Source of the DNA: Actinomycetota bacterium
Lineage (GTDB): Bacteria > Actinomycetota > Geothermincolia > Geothermincolales > RBG-13-55-18
Length of the DNA stretch: 64,000 bases
Assembly (NCBI GenBank): GCA_003598015.1
Contig: QZKE01000021.1
Coordinates: forward strand, 10,701 to 74,700
Reading direction: 5' to 3'
Under the pieces are notes generated by a model, which worked only from the letters and a program-made list of their open reading frames with translations, was not told the DNA's origin and made no database searches. This document shows positions 53,635-63,091 of the stretch, one piece after another (position 1 is the first letter of the stretch; every line of letters starts with the position of its first letter). The position numbers and the translations under genes are program-made.

Positions 53635-54330
53635 ATGAAGACTATCGGATTGATCGGCGGAATGAGCTGGGAGTCGACGGCGGAGTATTACCGCATCATC
53701 AACCAGGCCGTGAAGGAGAAGCGGGGCGGCCACCACTCGGCAAGGCTGGTTCTCTATTCCGTGGATTTCGAGGAAATAGAGGATCTGCAGCACCGCGATG
53801 GGTGGGAGGAGTTGACGCAGCTCATGATAGATGCGGCCCGGCGGGTGCAGGGAGCCGGGGCGGACTTCCTGCTCATCTGCACCAATACCATGCACGTGAT
53901 GGCAGGGGAGGTGGAGGAGAGCCTCGATATTCCTTTGCTGCATATCGCGGATGCCACGGCGCAGGAGATAAAGGGGCAGGGTCTCACCAGGGTAGGGCTC
54001 TTGGGCACCAGGTTCACCATGGAGCAGGATTTTTATAGGGGAAGGCTGGAGGGTGCATACGGCATCGAGGTCCTTGTCCCCGGGGAGGACGACAGGAGAG
54101 CCATCCACGCCATCATCTACGACGAGCTGTGCCACGGAATCGCAAAAGCAGCTTCGCGGGAGTTGTTCATGCGGGTCATGGATGACCTGGTAGCGCTGGG
54201 TGCGCGGGGTATTGTCCTGGGTTGCACGGAGATCCCGCTGTTGATCGGACAGAATGACGTCGGGGTTCCCGTGTTCGATACCACCAGGATCCACGCGCTG
54301 GCCGCCGTGGAGCGCGCAGTGAAGGGATAG
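53635..54330 (+). CDS. aspartate/glutamate racemase family protein
   Basis: 231 aa from ATG 53635. MKTIGLIGGMSWEST and LGCTEIPLL are the two catalytic Cys/Thr-region motifs of Asp/Glu racemases. Confidence 0.85.
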   Translation: MKTIGLIGGMSWESTAEYYRIINQAVKEKRGGHHSARLVLYSVDFEEIEDLQHRDGWEELTQLMIDAARRVQGAGADFLLICTNTMHVMAGEVEESLDIPLLHIADATAQEIKGQGLTRVGLLGTRFTMEQDFYRGRLEGAYGIEVLVPGEDDRRAIHAIIYDELCHGIAKAASRELFMRVMDDLVALGARGIVLGCTEIPLLIGQNDVGVPVFDTTRIHALAAVERAVKG

Positions 54331-54539
54331 AGCGCAGGATCTCTCGATCATCGCACCTGCGCAACGATGGCGGTAGATAGACTGCCATTAACGCAAGCCC
54401 GACCATCCGTCGCTCATGCTTCTTGGGAAGATAAGATCATTGTCCACTTAGCAGAATCTTAACAGTCGCGAGGTATCATCAGTGCAACATAAGGGAGCGA
54501 GCGGGGAGAGAAAACGATGAGCGATATAGGGGGTATGGG

Positions 54540-55040
54540 ATGAAAGCGACTGTGGTCATACTGACCGTATTACTCTGCGGAACCGCGCTTTTCGTCGCTG
54601 GGTGTCCGCGGGCTGAAAGACTGGCTGGATCGGAAGAGGCGGGGACCTCCGGCGAAACGGGGGAGAGTTCCGCCCAGGGCTCGGGGGCGTTCACGGAGGT
54701 CCCCGGCGAGATAAGCATCTATCCCGGCGCATCCCAGGTCGGCAGCGGCAGGGATATAACCGTGAGCGGCCTGAGGATAGAGGGGACCATCGACGGTGCA
54801 ACCTATCATGTCGAGGCAGATTACGATGATGTGGCGGCATGGTATCGTGAACAGCTTTCGGGGGCACTGGAGTTCGCCGCTACTGTAAGCGGTGAGCGGG
54901 GCAGCGGGAGAGGCACGATATTCGTCTTGCTCTCCGGCTCTGGCATCGGTACGGCGGTCACCGTGGCCACCGCGGAGGGCGGCTCGGGCACGACCATCAA
55001 CATCGGCAGCTGGCAGGGCTCTGTACAGGAGGGGACGTAA
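54540..55040 (+). CDS. hypothetical lipoprotein
   Basis: 166 aa. Signal peptide with lipobox LFVAGC and a G/S/E-rich linker. Confidence 0.6.
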   Translation: MKATVVILTVLLCGTALFVAGCPRAERLAGSEEAGTSGETGESSAQGSGAFTEVPGEISIYPGASQVGSGRDITVSGLRIEGTIDGATYHVEADYDDVAAWYREQLSGALEFAATVSGERGSGRGTIFVLLSGSGIGTAVTVATAEGGSGTTINIGSWQGSVQEGT

Positions 55041-55187
55041 CACGACCGCCAATCGTTAAGAAAACAGGTTGCGAGGAGTGTGGAATTATATCTCGTCGGA
55101 GGTGGAGCAAGGCGAGCGGCGGGACTGCCGGAAGGGTCGTGCGCAGGCGCCGCTTCTAGGTCGCCGCTGGAGCATGAGAACCCACAG

Positions 55188-56171
55188 TCATCCCATATTG
55201 CGTATCCTCTCAGCGCGCTCGATAGCTGGTGAATGAGTATTTAAAGAGCGTGCAAAGAATCTAGCTGAGCCTTTTGGGGGGTCGAGCGGCTGGTTGAAAA
55301 GCATATGGCTTATGAACAATCCGCCCCATAACGAACTGCGCGATCTCGAGATATCGGACATCTCGATGGCCCTTGTTACATCCTCCGGGCTCTTTGTCAG
55401 TAACAGGGCGTGTTCGTCGGCCAGATGATCCCGGCTCTTCGGGATTACGGCAAGGAAATAGGCAAACCACAGCGGAAGGAGGATTATGGAAAGCGCTCCA
55501 CCTATGATGTGCAGGAGGGTTCCGTAAACGGGATGGTAGTTGAATTGCATGACCGTGGGATCGTCATACAGGTCGGGCATCAGCCAGTTACGGCGTTGCG
55601 ATGACTGGGAGAGAAGGATAGCGCCCGAGATGCCGGTTCCCAGCGCCCAGAGTCTGATATCGCCGGTCAAGATGTGATAAATCTCATGCGCGAACATGGC
55701 CTCGAGTTCTCCCCGGTCCAACCTCTCCACTGCCTCTCTGCTGACCAGGATTTCAGCGTTATCAGGATTCGAACCTACGCTCTGGCAATTGATCCCACCC
55801 ATAATCACGGGCCTGCATCCAATAACAGGTAAGCCCGCCGCCAGGGATACCCCTTCTGCAGCGAGAACAAGTTTTTGCATATCAATGTCTGCCAGGATCG
55901 CTGGCGGAAAGATCCTTTTAAACACGTCCTTGCTGCTACGAAGACCAAGATAGAAAAGTAGCGGGAATGCAAGGAGCGTTACGCCCGTGGAGATGGCTAA
56001 GATAATGAGCATCTCTACTCTCCAGCGCATATCCTCCGGGCTAAATAAAAGTGTTACGAGGAAGACCACGATCAAAGCAATGAGAAAGAAAAGTAGTGCA
56101 GCCAGAAAGACCCTTCGCCTGTTTGACCGTATCGCATCAAGAACGAATGTCTTCTCATGTATATCAGGCAT
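55188..56171 (-). CDS. M48-family (HtpX/Ste24-like) membrane zinc metalloprotease
   Basis: 327 aa with N-terminal TM helices. FAHEIYH (HExxH), SRDHLADEHA and a THSPAIERAERI tail. GC is visibly lower than the surroundings. Confidence 0.75.
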   Translation of the reverse strand: MPDIHEKTFVLDAIRSNRRRVFLAALLFFLIALIVVFLVTLLFSPEDMRWRVEMLIILAISTGVTLLAFPLLFYLGLRSSKDVFKRIFPPAILADIDMQKLVLAAEGVSLAAGLPVIGCRPVIMGGINCQSVGSNPDNAEILVSREAVERLDRGELEAMFAHEIYHILTGDIRLWALGTGISGAILLSQSSQRRNWLMPDLYDDPTVMQFNYHPVYGTLLHIIGGALSIILLPLWFAYFLAVIPKSRDHLADEHALLLTKSPEDVTRAIEMSDISRSRSSLWGGLFISHMLFNQPLDPPKGSARFFARSLNTHSPAIERAERIRNMG

Positions 56172-56313
56172 GATCTTGTCCCTGGTTCAGCATTAGCTTT
56201 TTCTCGTGATAATCCATCTGTCCTGCCGTAGTAGGATCAACAATGTTTGACTCAATGTTAAGTTCCACGCATAGTGCAGCTTTCCTTGCCGTATATGGAT
56301 CCGTTGCCCGGCG

Positions 56314-57912
56314 TTAATCTCGTGTGCCGCCGGGGATGGGCATACCGCTCACCGGGTCGGCGCCCTCGAGCAGGTACTCGGCCGCCTTGAGGCCGCTGAG
56401 CATGGCCGAGGGAACACCTCCCAGGGCGAGCGTGGAATAGGCCTGATACCCGGCCATGTACAGGCGGGGTATGGGAGTGCGGATAAGCTCCACGACCTCC
56501 TGGTCCGATCCCTCGAGATATTCCCAGGACCACCCGGCCACCGCCCCCCCGCTCCTGCCGCCCCTTTCCTCGAAGGTGAGGGGCGTGGCAACGTCCATGT
56601 ATAACACGGCGTCCTGCAGGCCGGGGATGAAACCGGATGCCTCCCCGACCAGGGCGTCCGCAAGGGATTTCTTGTAGGCGAAGTAACCCGGGATGCGCCG
56701 TTTGCGCCGCGGCCGGAAGCGCGCGAAGTGCCGGAAGGGGGCTGCGACCCTGATAACCAGGACGGCACGGCCCTCGGGGGCCAGCGCGGGGTCGTCGGCG
56801 CTGAGCAGGGTGGCCTCCAATTCCTCGCCCGCCAGGGCCTCGGGGTCGATCTCCGGGGCGTCCCAGTCCGGGCCCCCTTCACGTGGAGGGACCTCGCCTC
56901 CATCCCTGCGGTAGATGATGCGGCTGGCGTCACGGTACGCGGAAAGGTCTGCGCGCGACTCGTCCAGACCCAGGCACACCTGCAGGTTGGAGGCGGTCTG
57001 ACGCGCCTCCGCAACCGCGCGGTACACCTCGTCGGGAACCGCGTCGCGGGGGAGAAGCCGCAGGAAGGTAGCCTTGAAATCGGCGTTGGAGATCACGGCA
57101 TCCGCCTCCAGCCGGGTGCCGTCAGCGAGGAAGGCACCCGCGGCCATTCCCTTTTCCACCAGGATCTCGACGGCTTCGGTACGCAGCCAGAGGCTTCCCG
57201 GGCCTCCGGGGTTGAGCAGGTGCTCATCCGCCGCGCTCCCGCCGGCTCCAAGAACGGGAGCTTCCCAGCCGAGGCTTGCCGCCAGAGTGTCGCTGAGCCC
57301 GCGGATTCCACCCGACGGATAATGGATGCCCCTGTCGCAGAGGAGGGACCACATGGCCGCGAGCAGGGTGATGCCGGAGTAGGGTTCGCGGCTCCCCATA
57401 CTGCCCAGGATGCGCCGCAGCCTCCAATCCCCGATGAGCCTGTCGAGGTAGCCCGCGGCGCTCACGGATTCCGCCTTGCGTGAACGCGATACCCCTTCCT
57501 TCGCCAGGCGGTCCTGCAGGGCCGATATCTCCCTCATGTGACTGAAGAAGCGGCTTATGCCCGCCTCCTCGTCGGGGAAGAGCACCGCCAGCCGGGTGAT
57601 CATCTCCGCATAGGGGAGAGAGAGGGGGGCCCGCAGGCCGAAGGCACTGAGCTCGTAGTACACGCGCTCCAACTCCAGGGGTTCGTCTATTCCCACCTTT
57701 ATCAGAGTATCCCTGACCAGGTCCGGGCTGCTGAAACCCAGGGGCCCCATGGGGAAGTCGAAACCCTTGCGGTGGTACGCGTAGGCGGTGCCGCCGGGAT
57801 GGGGATCCGCCTCCAGCACCAGGACCCGCATGCCCTCCTCGAGCAGGCGGGCCGCTGCGGTGAGGCCGCCGATGCCCGCGCCTATTATCAAAGCGTTATA
57901 TCTTTCCGTCAT
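56314..57912 (-). CDS. phytoene-desaturase-family (CrtI-like) NAD(P)/FAD-dependent oxidoreductase
   Basis: 532 aa from ATG 57912. NALIIGAGIGGLTAAARLLEEGMRVLVLEA dinucleotide fold and a C-terminal ...GGVPSAMLSG... motif. Confidence 0.8.
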   Translation of the reverse strand: MTERYNALIIGAGIGGLTAAARLLEEGMRVLVLEADPHPGGTAYAYHRKGFDFPMGPLGFSSPDLVRDTLIKVGIDEPLELERVYYELSAFGLRAPLSLPYAEMITRLAVLFPDEEAGISRFFSHMREISALQDRLAKEGVSRSRKAESVSAAGYLDRLIGDWRLRRILGSMGSREPYSGITLLAAMWSLLCDRGIHYPSGGIRGLSDTLAASLGWEAPVLGAGGSAADEHLLNPGGPGSLWLRTEAVEILVEKGMAAGAFLADGTRLEADAVISNADFKATFLRLLPRDAVPDEVYRAVAEARQTASNLQVCLGLDESRADLSAYRDASRIIYRRDGGEVPPREGGPDWDAPEIDPEALAGEELEATLLSADDPALAPEGRAVLVIRVAAPFRHFARFRPRRKRRIPGYFAYKKSLADALVGEASGFIPGLQDAVLYMDVATPLTFEERGGRSGGAVAGWSWEYLEGSDQEVVELIRTPIPRLYMAGYQAYSTLALGGVPSAMLSGLKAAEYLLEGADPVSGMPIPGGTRD

Positions 57913-58094
57913 ATACGGCCTTCTTCCCACCGGGAGTCCGTGCCTCTGAATAGTGATATTATTCCCCTCGCTTCCCAAGAAGTAGACATCAAGCGGGTAT
58001 CTCACCATGCATGCCCTGAAACGCCGAACCGGCCAGTGTAAATGTGCGGTGATAGAATAGGGGAATGCGGACAAGCCGAGGAAAGGGGAAAGCC

Positions 58095-59639
58095 ATGCAT
58101 GCAATACCCAGGATATTGGCAAAGACGGCCGCCTTGGGGGCGGTGCTTGCCGTAGTCGAGCCCGTCATCGTCGAGCGACGTAAGCGCAGCGAGAGGCGCG
58201 ATCCCATGGTGTGGTCGGCGAAGGCCGGCGAGGGTTTTCTGTTGAAGAACGCGGAGGTCGTGGACGTGCTCACGGGCGCGGTCATGCACAAGCGGGGGGT
58301 CCTGGTGAAGGATGGAAGGATCGAGGACATCCTCACGGAGAAGAAGGCCGCGTCCGTGGAGGGCGTCAAGACCCTGGACGCGGCGGGGTGTTTCGTGATA
58401 CCGGGGTTGATCAATACCCACTGCCACATGCTCCTCACCATGTCTCTAAGTCTCAGCCCTGATATCCTGGCTGTGACGGGGAGGCAGATTGAGCGCAATT
58501 TCGAGGAGTGCATCACTCACGGCGTGACCACGGTGAGAGATGCCGGAACCTGGCCCGTGCTTATGCGCCGCTACATGGACCGCATTGAGGGAGGTGAATT
58601 GCTGGGGCCGCGCATCCTCTCCGCTTTTTCCTTCATCAACGCTCCGGGAGGATACCCCTCGGATTACGTCAAGATGCCTTCTTTCCTGGATGCGAAGTGG
58701 GGGCCCTTCGTCCATCAGGTCACTACTCCCCAGGAGGCCAGGGATGCCGTGAGGAGGAACGTGGAATGGGGATCCAACTTCATCAAGCTGGCCTTCGACG
58801 ACCACCAGTTATTCATGGGGCAGAAGGCCATACCGGTCCTGAGCGACGAACTGCTGAGCGCCACGGTAGATGAGGCTCACGCCCATGGCCTCAAGGTATC
58901 CGCACATCATCGCTTCCGCAGGGGGTTGGTCAGGGGCAACGATTTCGCCCTGGACGGTATGGAGCATATCGCCGCCGACGATATTCTCGACGATTCCGAG
59001 GTGGAGGCATTCGTCGCCGCAGGACGCTATATCATCCCCACCGTACAGACGGGATGGGCCCTGAGTGGGATCAGCAGAAGCGATCCCTACCTCGAGGACC
59101 CCCGGGTACAGCACAACCTGGCCAGCCGCCTGGAGACCATCAGGTCCGTATATCCCTCCTTATGCGAGCCACCGGTATATCGAGGCCTGTTAGCCTACGA
59201 GAGGAACTACCGCGACCCGTCATATACCGAACGACGCCACATCATGTATACCCTGGATCCGAAGATCGCCACGGAAGGGATCGTCAAGGGGACAGAGAAC
59301 CTCAATAAGCTTTACCACGCCGGAGCGCTAATCGGGTGCGGCAACGACGGGGGGGTACCCCAGATCGCAGCGGGAATCCTGGGCATCGAGATGGTCCTCC
59401 TGGGATCCAGTACGGATATGGAGCCCCTGGACGTGCTGCAGGCGGCGACCATCAACAACGCCCGCATCATCGGCATGGAGGAGGAGCTGGGCACGGTGAG
59501 CAAGGGCAAGCTGGCCGACCTGGTGCTGCTCCCCGGCAATCCCCTGGATAACATGGAACACGTGCTGCACCCCAACGCGGTGTTCAAGGAAGGGCAGCTT
59601 GTGTTCACGTCGCACAATCCCGACCTGGGAGCCCATTAG
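58095..59639 (+). CDS. amidohydrolase-family metal-dependent hydrolase
   Basis: 514 aa from ATG 58095, with RBS AAAGGGGAAAG. VIPGLINTHCHM, and ...GKLADLVLLPGNPLDNM... near the C-terminus. Confidence 0.8.
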   Translation: MHAIPRILAKTAALGAVLAVVEPVIVERRKRSERRDPMVWSAKAGEGFLLKNAEVVDVLTGAVMHKRGVLVKDGRIEDILTEKKAASVEGVKTLDAAGCFVIPGLINTHCHMLLTMSLSLSPDILAVTGRQIERNFEECITHGVTTVRDAGTWPVLMRRYMDRIEGGELLGPRILSAFSFINAPGGYPSDYVKMPSFLDAKWGPFVHQVTTPQEARDAVRRNVEWGSNFIKLAFDDHQLFMGQKAIPVLSDELLSATVDEAHAHGLKVSAHHRFRRGLVRGNDFALDGMEHIAADDILDDSEVEAFVAAGRYIIPTVQTGWALSGISRSDPYLEDPRVQHNLASRLETIRSVYPSLCEPPVYRGLLAYERNYRDPSYTERRHIMYTLDPKIATEGIVKGTENLNKLYHAGALIGCGNDGGVPQIAAGILGIEMVLLGSSTDMEPLDVLQAATINNARIIGMEEELGTVSKGKLADLVLLPGNPLDNMEHVLHPNAVFKEGQLVFTSHNPDLGAH

Positions 59640-59657
59640 AAGGCCGTCACGGGTGGG

Positions 59658-60422
59658 TCAGGCGGACCATCCGCCGTCGATGTAGATAACCTGGCCGGTG
59701 ATGTAATCGGCGGCGTCGGACGCCAGGTATACCACGGCCTCCGCCAGCTCGCCCACCCTGCCCATCCTTCCCAGGGGGGTGCGCGCGATGATGGCCTGCG
59801 TCAGCTCCTCGCTCTTGGTGACGTATTCGCTCAGGCCCACCTCGAAGAAGGAGGGGCCGAGGGCGTTGACGTTTATCCCGTAGGGGGCCAACTCCAGGGC
59901 CATGGTGCGGGTGAGTTGGTTGACGCCCGCCTTGGAGGCCCCGTATACGGAGGCGAGCGGGCTGCCGGAGGCAGCCGCGGCCGATGAGATGTTGATGATC
60001 TTACCCCCGCCGCGCTCCATCATGTGCCTGGCCACCGCCTGGGAGAAGAAGAAGAGCCCCTTGAGGTTGGTGCCTATTATCTTGTCCCATGACCATTCCT
60101 CGACGTCCACGGCGTTGCAGCGGATGGGATTGGTGCCGGCGTTGTTGACCAGGATGTCGATGGCCGCGAACTCCTCTATCGCCCTGCTCACGGTGGCCTG
60201 GATCTCCTCGACAACCATTATGTCGGTGGCGAGGGGCAGGGCCCGCCTGCCCAGGGCGCGGATCTCCTCCGCCAGCTCCCGGTTGGGCTCCAGCTTGCGC
60301 GAGGTGAGCACGAGGTCGGCTCCATGGCGCGCCAGGCCCAGGGCTATGCCCCGCCCCAGGCCGCGGCTGGTCCCGGTCACCAAGGCCACCTTTCCCTCCA
60401 GGGTATCCGTCTGCATGGTCAT
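59658..60422 (-). CDS. SDR-family oxidoreductase (FabG-like)
   Basis: 254 aa. VTGTSRGLGRGIA, NNAG and YGASKAG. Confidence 0.9.
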   Translation of the reverse strand: MTMQTDTLEGKVALVTGTSRGLGRGIALGLARHGADLVLTSRKLEPNRELAEEIRALGRRALPLATDIMVVEEIQATVSRAIEEFAAIDILVNNAGTNPIRCNAVDVEEWSWDKIIGTNLKGLFFFSQAVARHMMERGGGKIINISSAAAASGSPLASVYGASKAGVNQLTRTMALELAPYGINVNALGPSFFEVGLSEYVTKSEELTQAIIARTPLGRMGRVGELAEAVVYLASDAADYITGQVIYIDGGWSA

Positions 60423-60572
60423 ATCAACCTCCGTTTCGCTCCGGCGGCCAGAACAGCGGTTATCTCCATTCTACAGTGGCAGGAAGGCGGGGCACATATG
60501 GACGCGCGGACGGCGCTTGCTTTAATCTTAAGGGAAACGGGGTAACAGGATCAGAGGGAAAGGCTGCCGGAG

Positions 60573-61418
60573 ATGTGGTGGAGATATGTCTTCATCCGCC
60601 CGCTCTTCGCCATCGCGGGCAATTCGAGCAAATACGATCTCAAGGTGACGGGGGTGGAGAACGTTCCCCACTATGGCCCCTTCATCGTGGTGTCTAACCA
60701 CCAGAGCAGCCTGGACATCGTGGCTATCTCACTGGCGCTCAAGCCGGCGCTTACGCACAGCCACATGTGGCCATGGGCCAAGACGGATATCGAAAAGGGC
60801 AGAGAGGGACCCATGGGCTGGGCGCTGTGGAAGGTCTTCGGGGTCATCCCCATCGACCGCGAGAAGAAGGACCACTCGGAAGCCATCATGCTCAGCCTGA
60901 AATACCTGCGCCGCCGCGAGCTGGTCTTCGTCTTTCCGGAGGGGACGCGCAGCAGGCCCAAGGAGCTCAAGCCCTTCCAGTTCGGGGTGGCCAACCTGGC
61001 TCGGGCGGCTCCCGCGCCCATCCTTCCGGTCGCCACCTACAAGAGGGATGACGGCGGGATACAGGTGAACATCGGCAAGCTCTTCACCCTGCCCCCCAAG
61101 AAGAGGATGTTGGAGAAGCTGGGGGATCTCGAGGAGAAGGCGGAGGGCCGGTTCATACAGCAGGTGGAAACGTTGCGGCAGTGGGCGGACACCGTGCCCA
61201 AGGACAAGAAGGGGATGAAACTCATCGCCAAGATGGTGAGGATAGTGACGGATTTCGTGTCGCGCCAGGATATCGGCTTCGACCTCTTCTTCCGCCTGGC
61301 GGAGGAGGAGGACAACGAATACATCAGGGATAAGGTCCTCGAGTTGCTCCCGAGTGACTGGAAAATAGTGGAGCCCGAGGGAAGACCCAAACCCCTCTCC
61401 ATCATCAAGAAGGATTAG
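60573..61418 (+). CDS. LPLAT/PlsC-family acyltransferase with a ~90-aa C-terminal extension
   Basis: 281 aa. SNHQSSLD (HX4D) and FPEGTRSRP. Confidence 0.8.
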   Translation: MWWRYVFIRPLFAIAGNSSKYDLKVTGVENVPHYGPFIVVSNHQSSLDIVAISLALKPALTHSHMWPWAKTDIEKGREGPMGWALWKVFGVIPIDREKKDHSEAIMLSLKYLRRRELVFVFPEGTRSRPKELKPFQFGVANLARAAPAPILPVATYKRDDGGIQVNIGKLFTLPPKKRMLEKLGDLEEKAEGRFIQQVETLRQWADTVPKDKKGMKLIAKMVRIVTDFVSRQDIGFDLFFRLAEEEDNEYIRDKVLELLPSDWKIVEPEGRPKPLSIIKKD

Positions 61419-61455
61419 GGGGTCAGCCTTGTACACGGGACATTTTCGTGACCCT

Positions 61456-61546
61456 CGTCGTCGCGAGCGTAAGCGAAGCGATCTCGTCCGGACCACGGCC
61501 GGTCTCCGGAGGAGATTGCTTCGTCGCTGCGCTCCTCGCAATGACG
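61456..61546. repeat. long imperfect palindromic (hairpin-forming) intergenic element
   Basis: The left arm 61456-61491 (cgtcgtcgcgagcgtaagcgaagcgatctcgtccgg) is the imperfect reverse complement of the right arm 61506-61546 (ccggaggagattgcttcgtcgctgcgctcctcgcaatgacg). The core CGAAGCGATCTC / GAGATTGCTTCG pairs at 11 of 12 positions. Confidence 0.7.
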
Positions 61547-61597
61547 TTGGCGGCAAATGTCCCCTGCCCGGGGATGAGCGCACAAGGAGGAGGAGAT

Positions 61598-62992
61598 ATG
61601 CTCTGGACCATCGAGGCTAAGGACGAGTACGGCTACGGCTATACCGCGGGCAGGTGCCAGGAACGGCTTTTCAGGGTCGTACTGAACCGTGCCGCTTCAT
61701 CGTTGAACAAGGCGGGGGCGGACCCGGCGCTCACACATGCTAAGGCGAAGCGGCACCTGGTAATGCTCGAGGATCGCTATCCGGCTCAGCTGGAACGGAT
61801 AGGAGGACTCGCGAGCGCCCTGGGCGTCGAGCCGCACGAGGTCGTGTCGGGCGGGATGGCCCTGGCGTCCCTCTCCGGCACGGCATGCACCAACTTCACC
61901 GCCGTGCCCCCGGCGACTTCCGACGCCGGGATATACGTCTCCTGGAACCTCGATCTCTCGCCCTTCTTCCGGCTGCTCATCGGCAGGATGCCTCTCTATA
62001 TAAGGGATGTAGCGGGCAGCAAGCCGTACGTGTGCATGGGGCTGCCGGTGCTCTTCGGGGTGGGGGTGATGAACGGAGACGGCCTCTCCGCATGCGTGAA
62101 CTCGGTGGGAGCCATGGACAGCGGGGAGGGCCTTACCTTCTTCGAGCTCAACAACCTGGCCATGGAGACACAAGCGACGGTAGACGGGGCGGTGGAGGTA
62201 TGGAGGGATAACCCGCGCGAAGTGGTGCCCGGGCTGGCCATCGCCATCATCATGAACTCCAACAGCATCTTCGCCGACTTAGGCGGCGACGCCGCGGTCA
62301 TCGAGCACTCTCACAACCACATGGCGGTGGAGAAGGCCGCGGGACACGACGGGGTGCTGGCCTCGGCCAACCACCACCAGTTCCTGGACCGCTCCCTGTC
62401 GGGCGGCGCCGACCCCGTGATCGAGCCGCAGATCGCCGGCTCCTATGCGCGCCTGGCCCGCATGTGGGAGCTGCTGGATGACTTCAGGGGAAACATCGAT
62501 CCGCTCACCGCCAGGATGATCGCCAGGGACCACGGGCTCAACTACTCCACCCTGGCCGAGTTCGGGATCGAGCGCAGCTATTACGAGGAACGCATCGACG
62601 ACGCCACCATCTGCTGCCATCCCTGGAACCTCCTCCGCCACCTGCGGCGCCTGGAATTCGAGGACGCCCTGGTCGAGCTGAATGTCGCCTACACCCTCAA
62701 CCACATCCTCATGGACCCCAAGCGCTGCACCATCTATATCACCCTGGGGAAACCCTGCCGCAAGCAGTACATCCCCATCTGGCTCGGCGACGCCCTGCGC
62801 ATGGAATGGGCGGACGAGGCCAGGGGGGAGATTGACTACGCTCCCGACCTCCTGCCCAGGGCGCACGCTGCCCGTAAGGACATCTTCCGCCGTCCCGACC
62901 CCACGCAGGCGAGCGAATCCATCCGTTCCGTCGGCTTGAGGCTCTTCGCGGCCCTGGATCGCATGATGGCCTCGCGGATCGTCAAACAGTAA
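61598..62992 (+). CDS. C45-family Ntn hydrolase/acyltransferase (acyl-CoA:6-APA acyltransferase-like)
   Basis: 464 aa from ATG 61598, with RBS AAGGAGGAGGAG. ...LSGTACTNFTAV... with the presumptive nucleophile Cys, then ...YVSWNLDL.... Confidence 0.6.
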   Translation: MLWTIEAKDEYGYGYTAGRCQERLFRVVLNRAASSLNKAGADPALTHAKAKRHLVMLEDRYPAQLERIGGLASALGVEPHEVVSGGMALASLSGTACTNFTAVPPATSDAGIYVSWNLDLSPFFRLLIGRMPLYIRDVAGSKPYVCMGLPVLFGVGVMNGDGLSACVNSVGAMDSGEGLTFFELNNLAMETQATVDGAVEVWRDNPREVVPGLAIAIIMNSNSIFADLGGDAAVIEHSHNHMAVEKAAGHDGVLASANHHQFLDRSLSGGADPVIEPQIAGSYARLARMWELLDDFRGNIDPLTARMIARDHGLNYSTLAEFGIERSYYEERIDDATICCHPWNLLRHLRRLEFEDALVELNVAYTLNHILMDPKRCTIYITLGKPCRKQYIPIWLGDALRMEWADEARGEIDYAPDLLPRAHAARKDIFRRPDPTQASESIRSVGLRLFAALDRMMASRIVKQ

Positions 62993-63091
62993 CAGGCTTG
63001 ACCCCAAGGCCTCGAGTGACCGGTATCCACGCGGGGCCGGTATCGTCGAAGAAGGATTCTTGCGGCCACGACACCAATCGGCCCCCGGGCC

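Noticed and set aside
55760-55800. GGATTCGAACC string (reverse complement of the tRNA T-loop consensus GGTTCGAATCC)
   Set aside because: It lies inside the M48 protease reading frame, where it encodes ...VGSNPDN.... The would-be T-stem (GTAGG/CCTGA) does not pair, and no acceptor or anticodon arms can be drawn.
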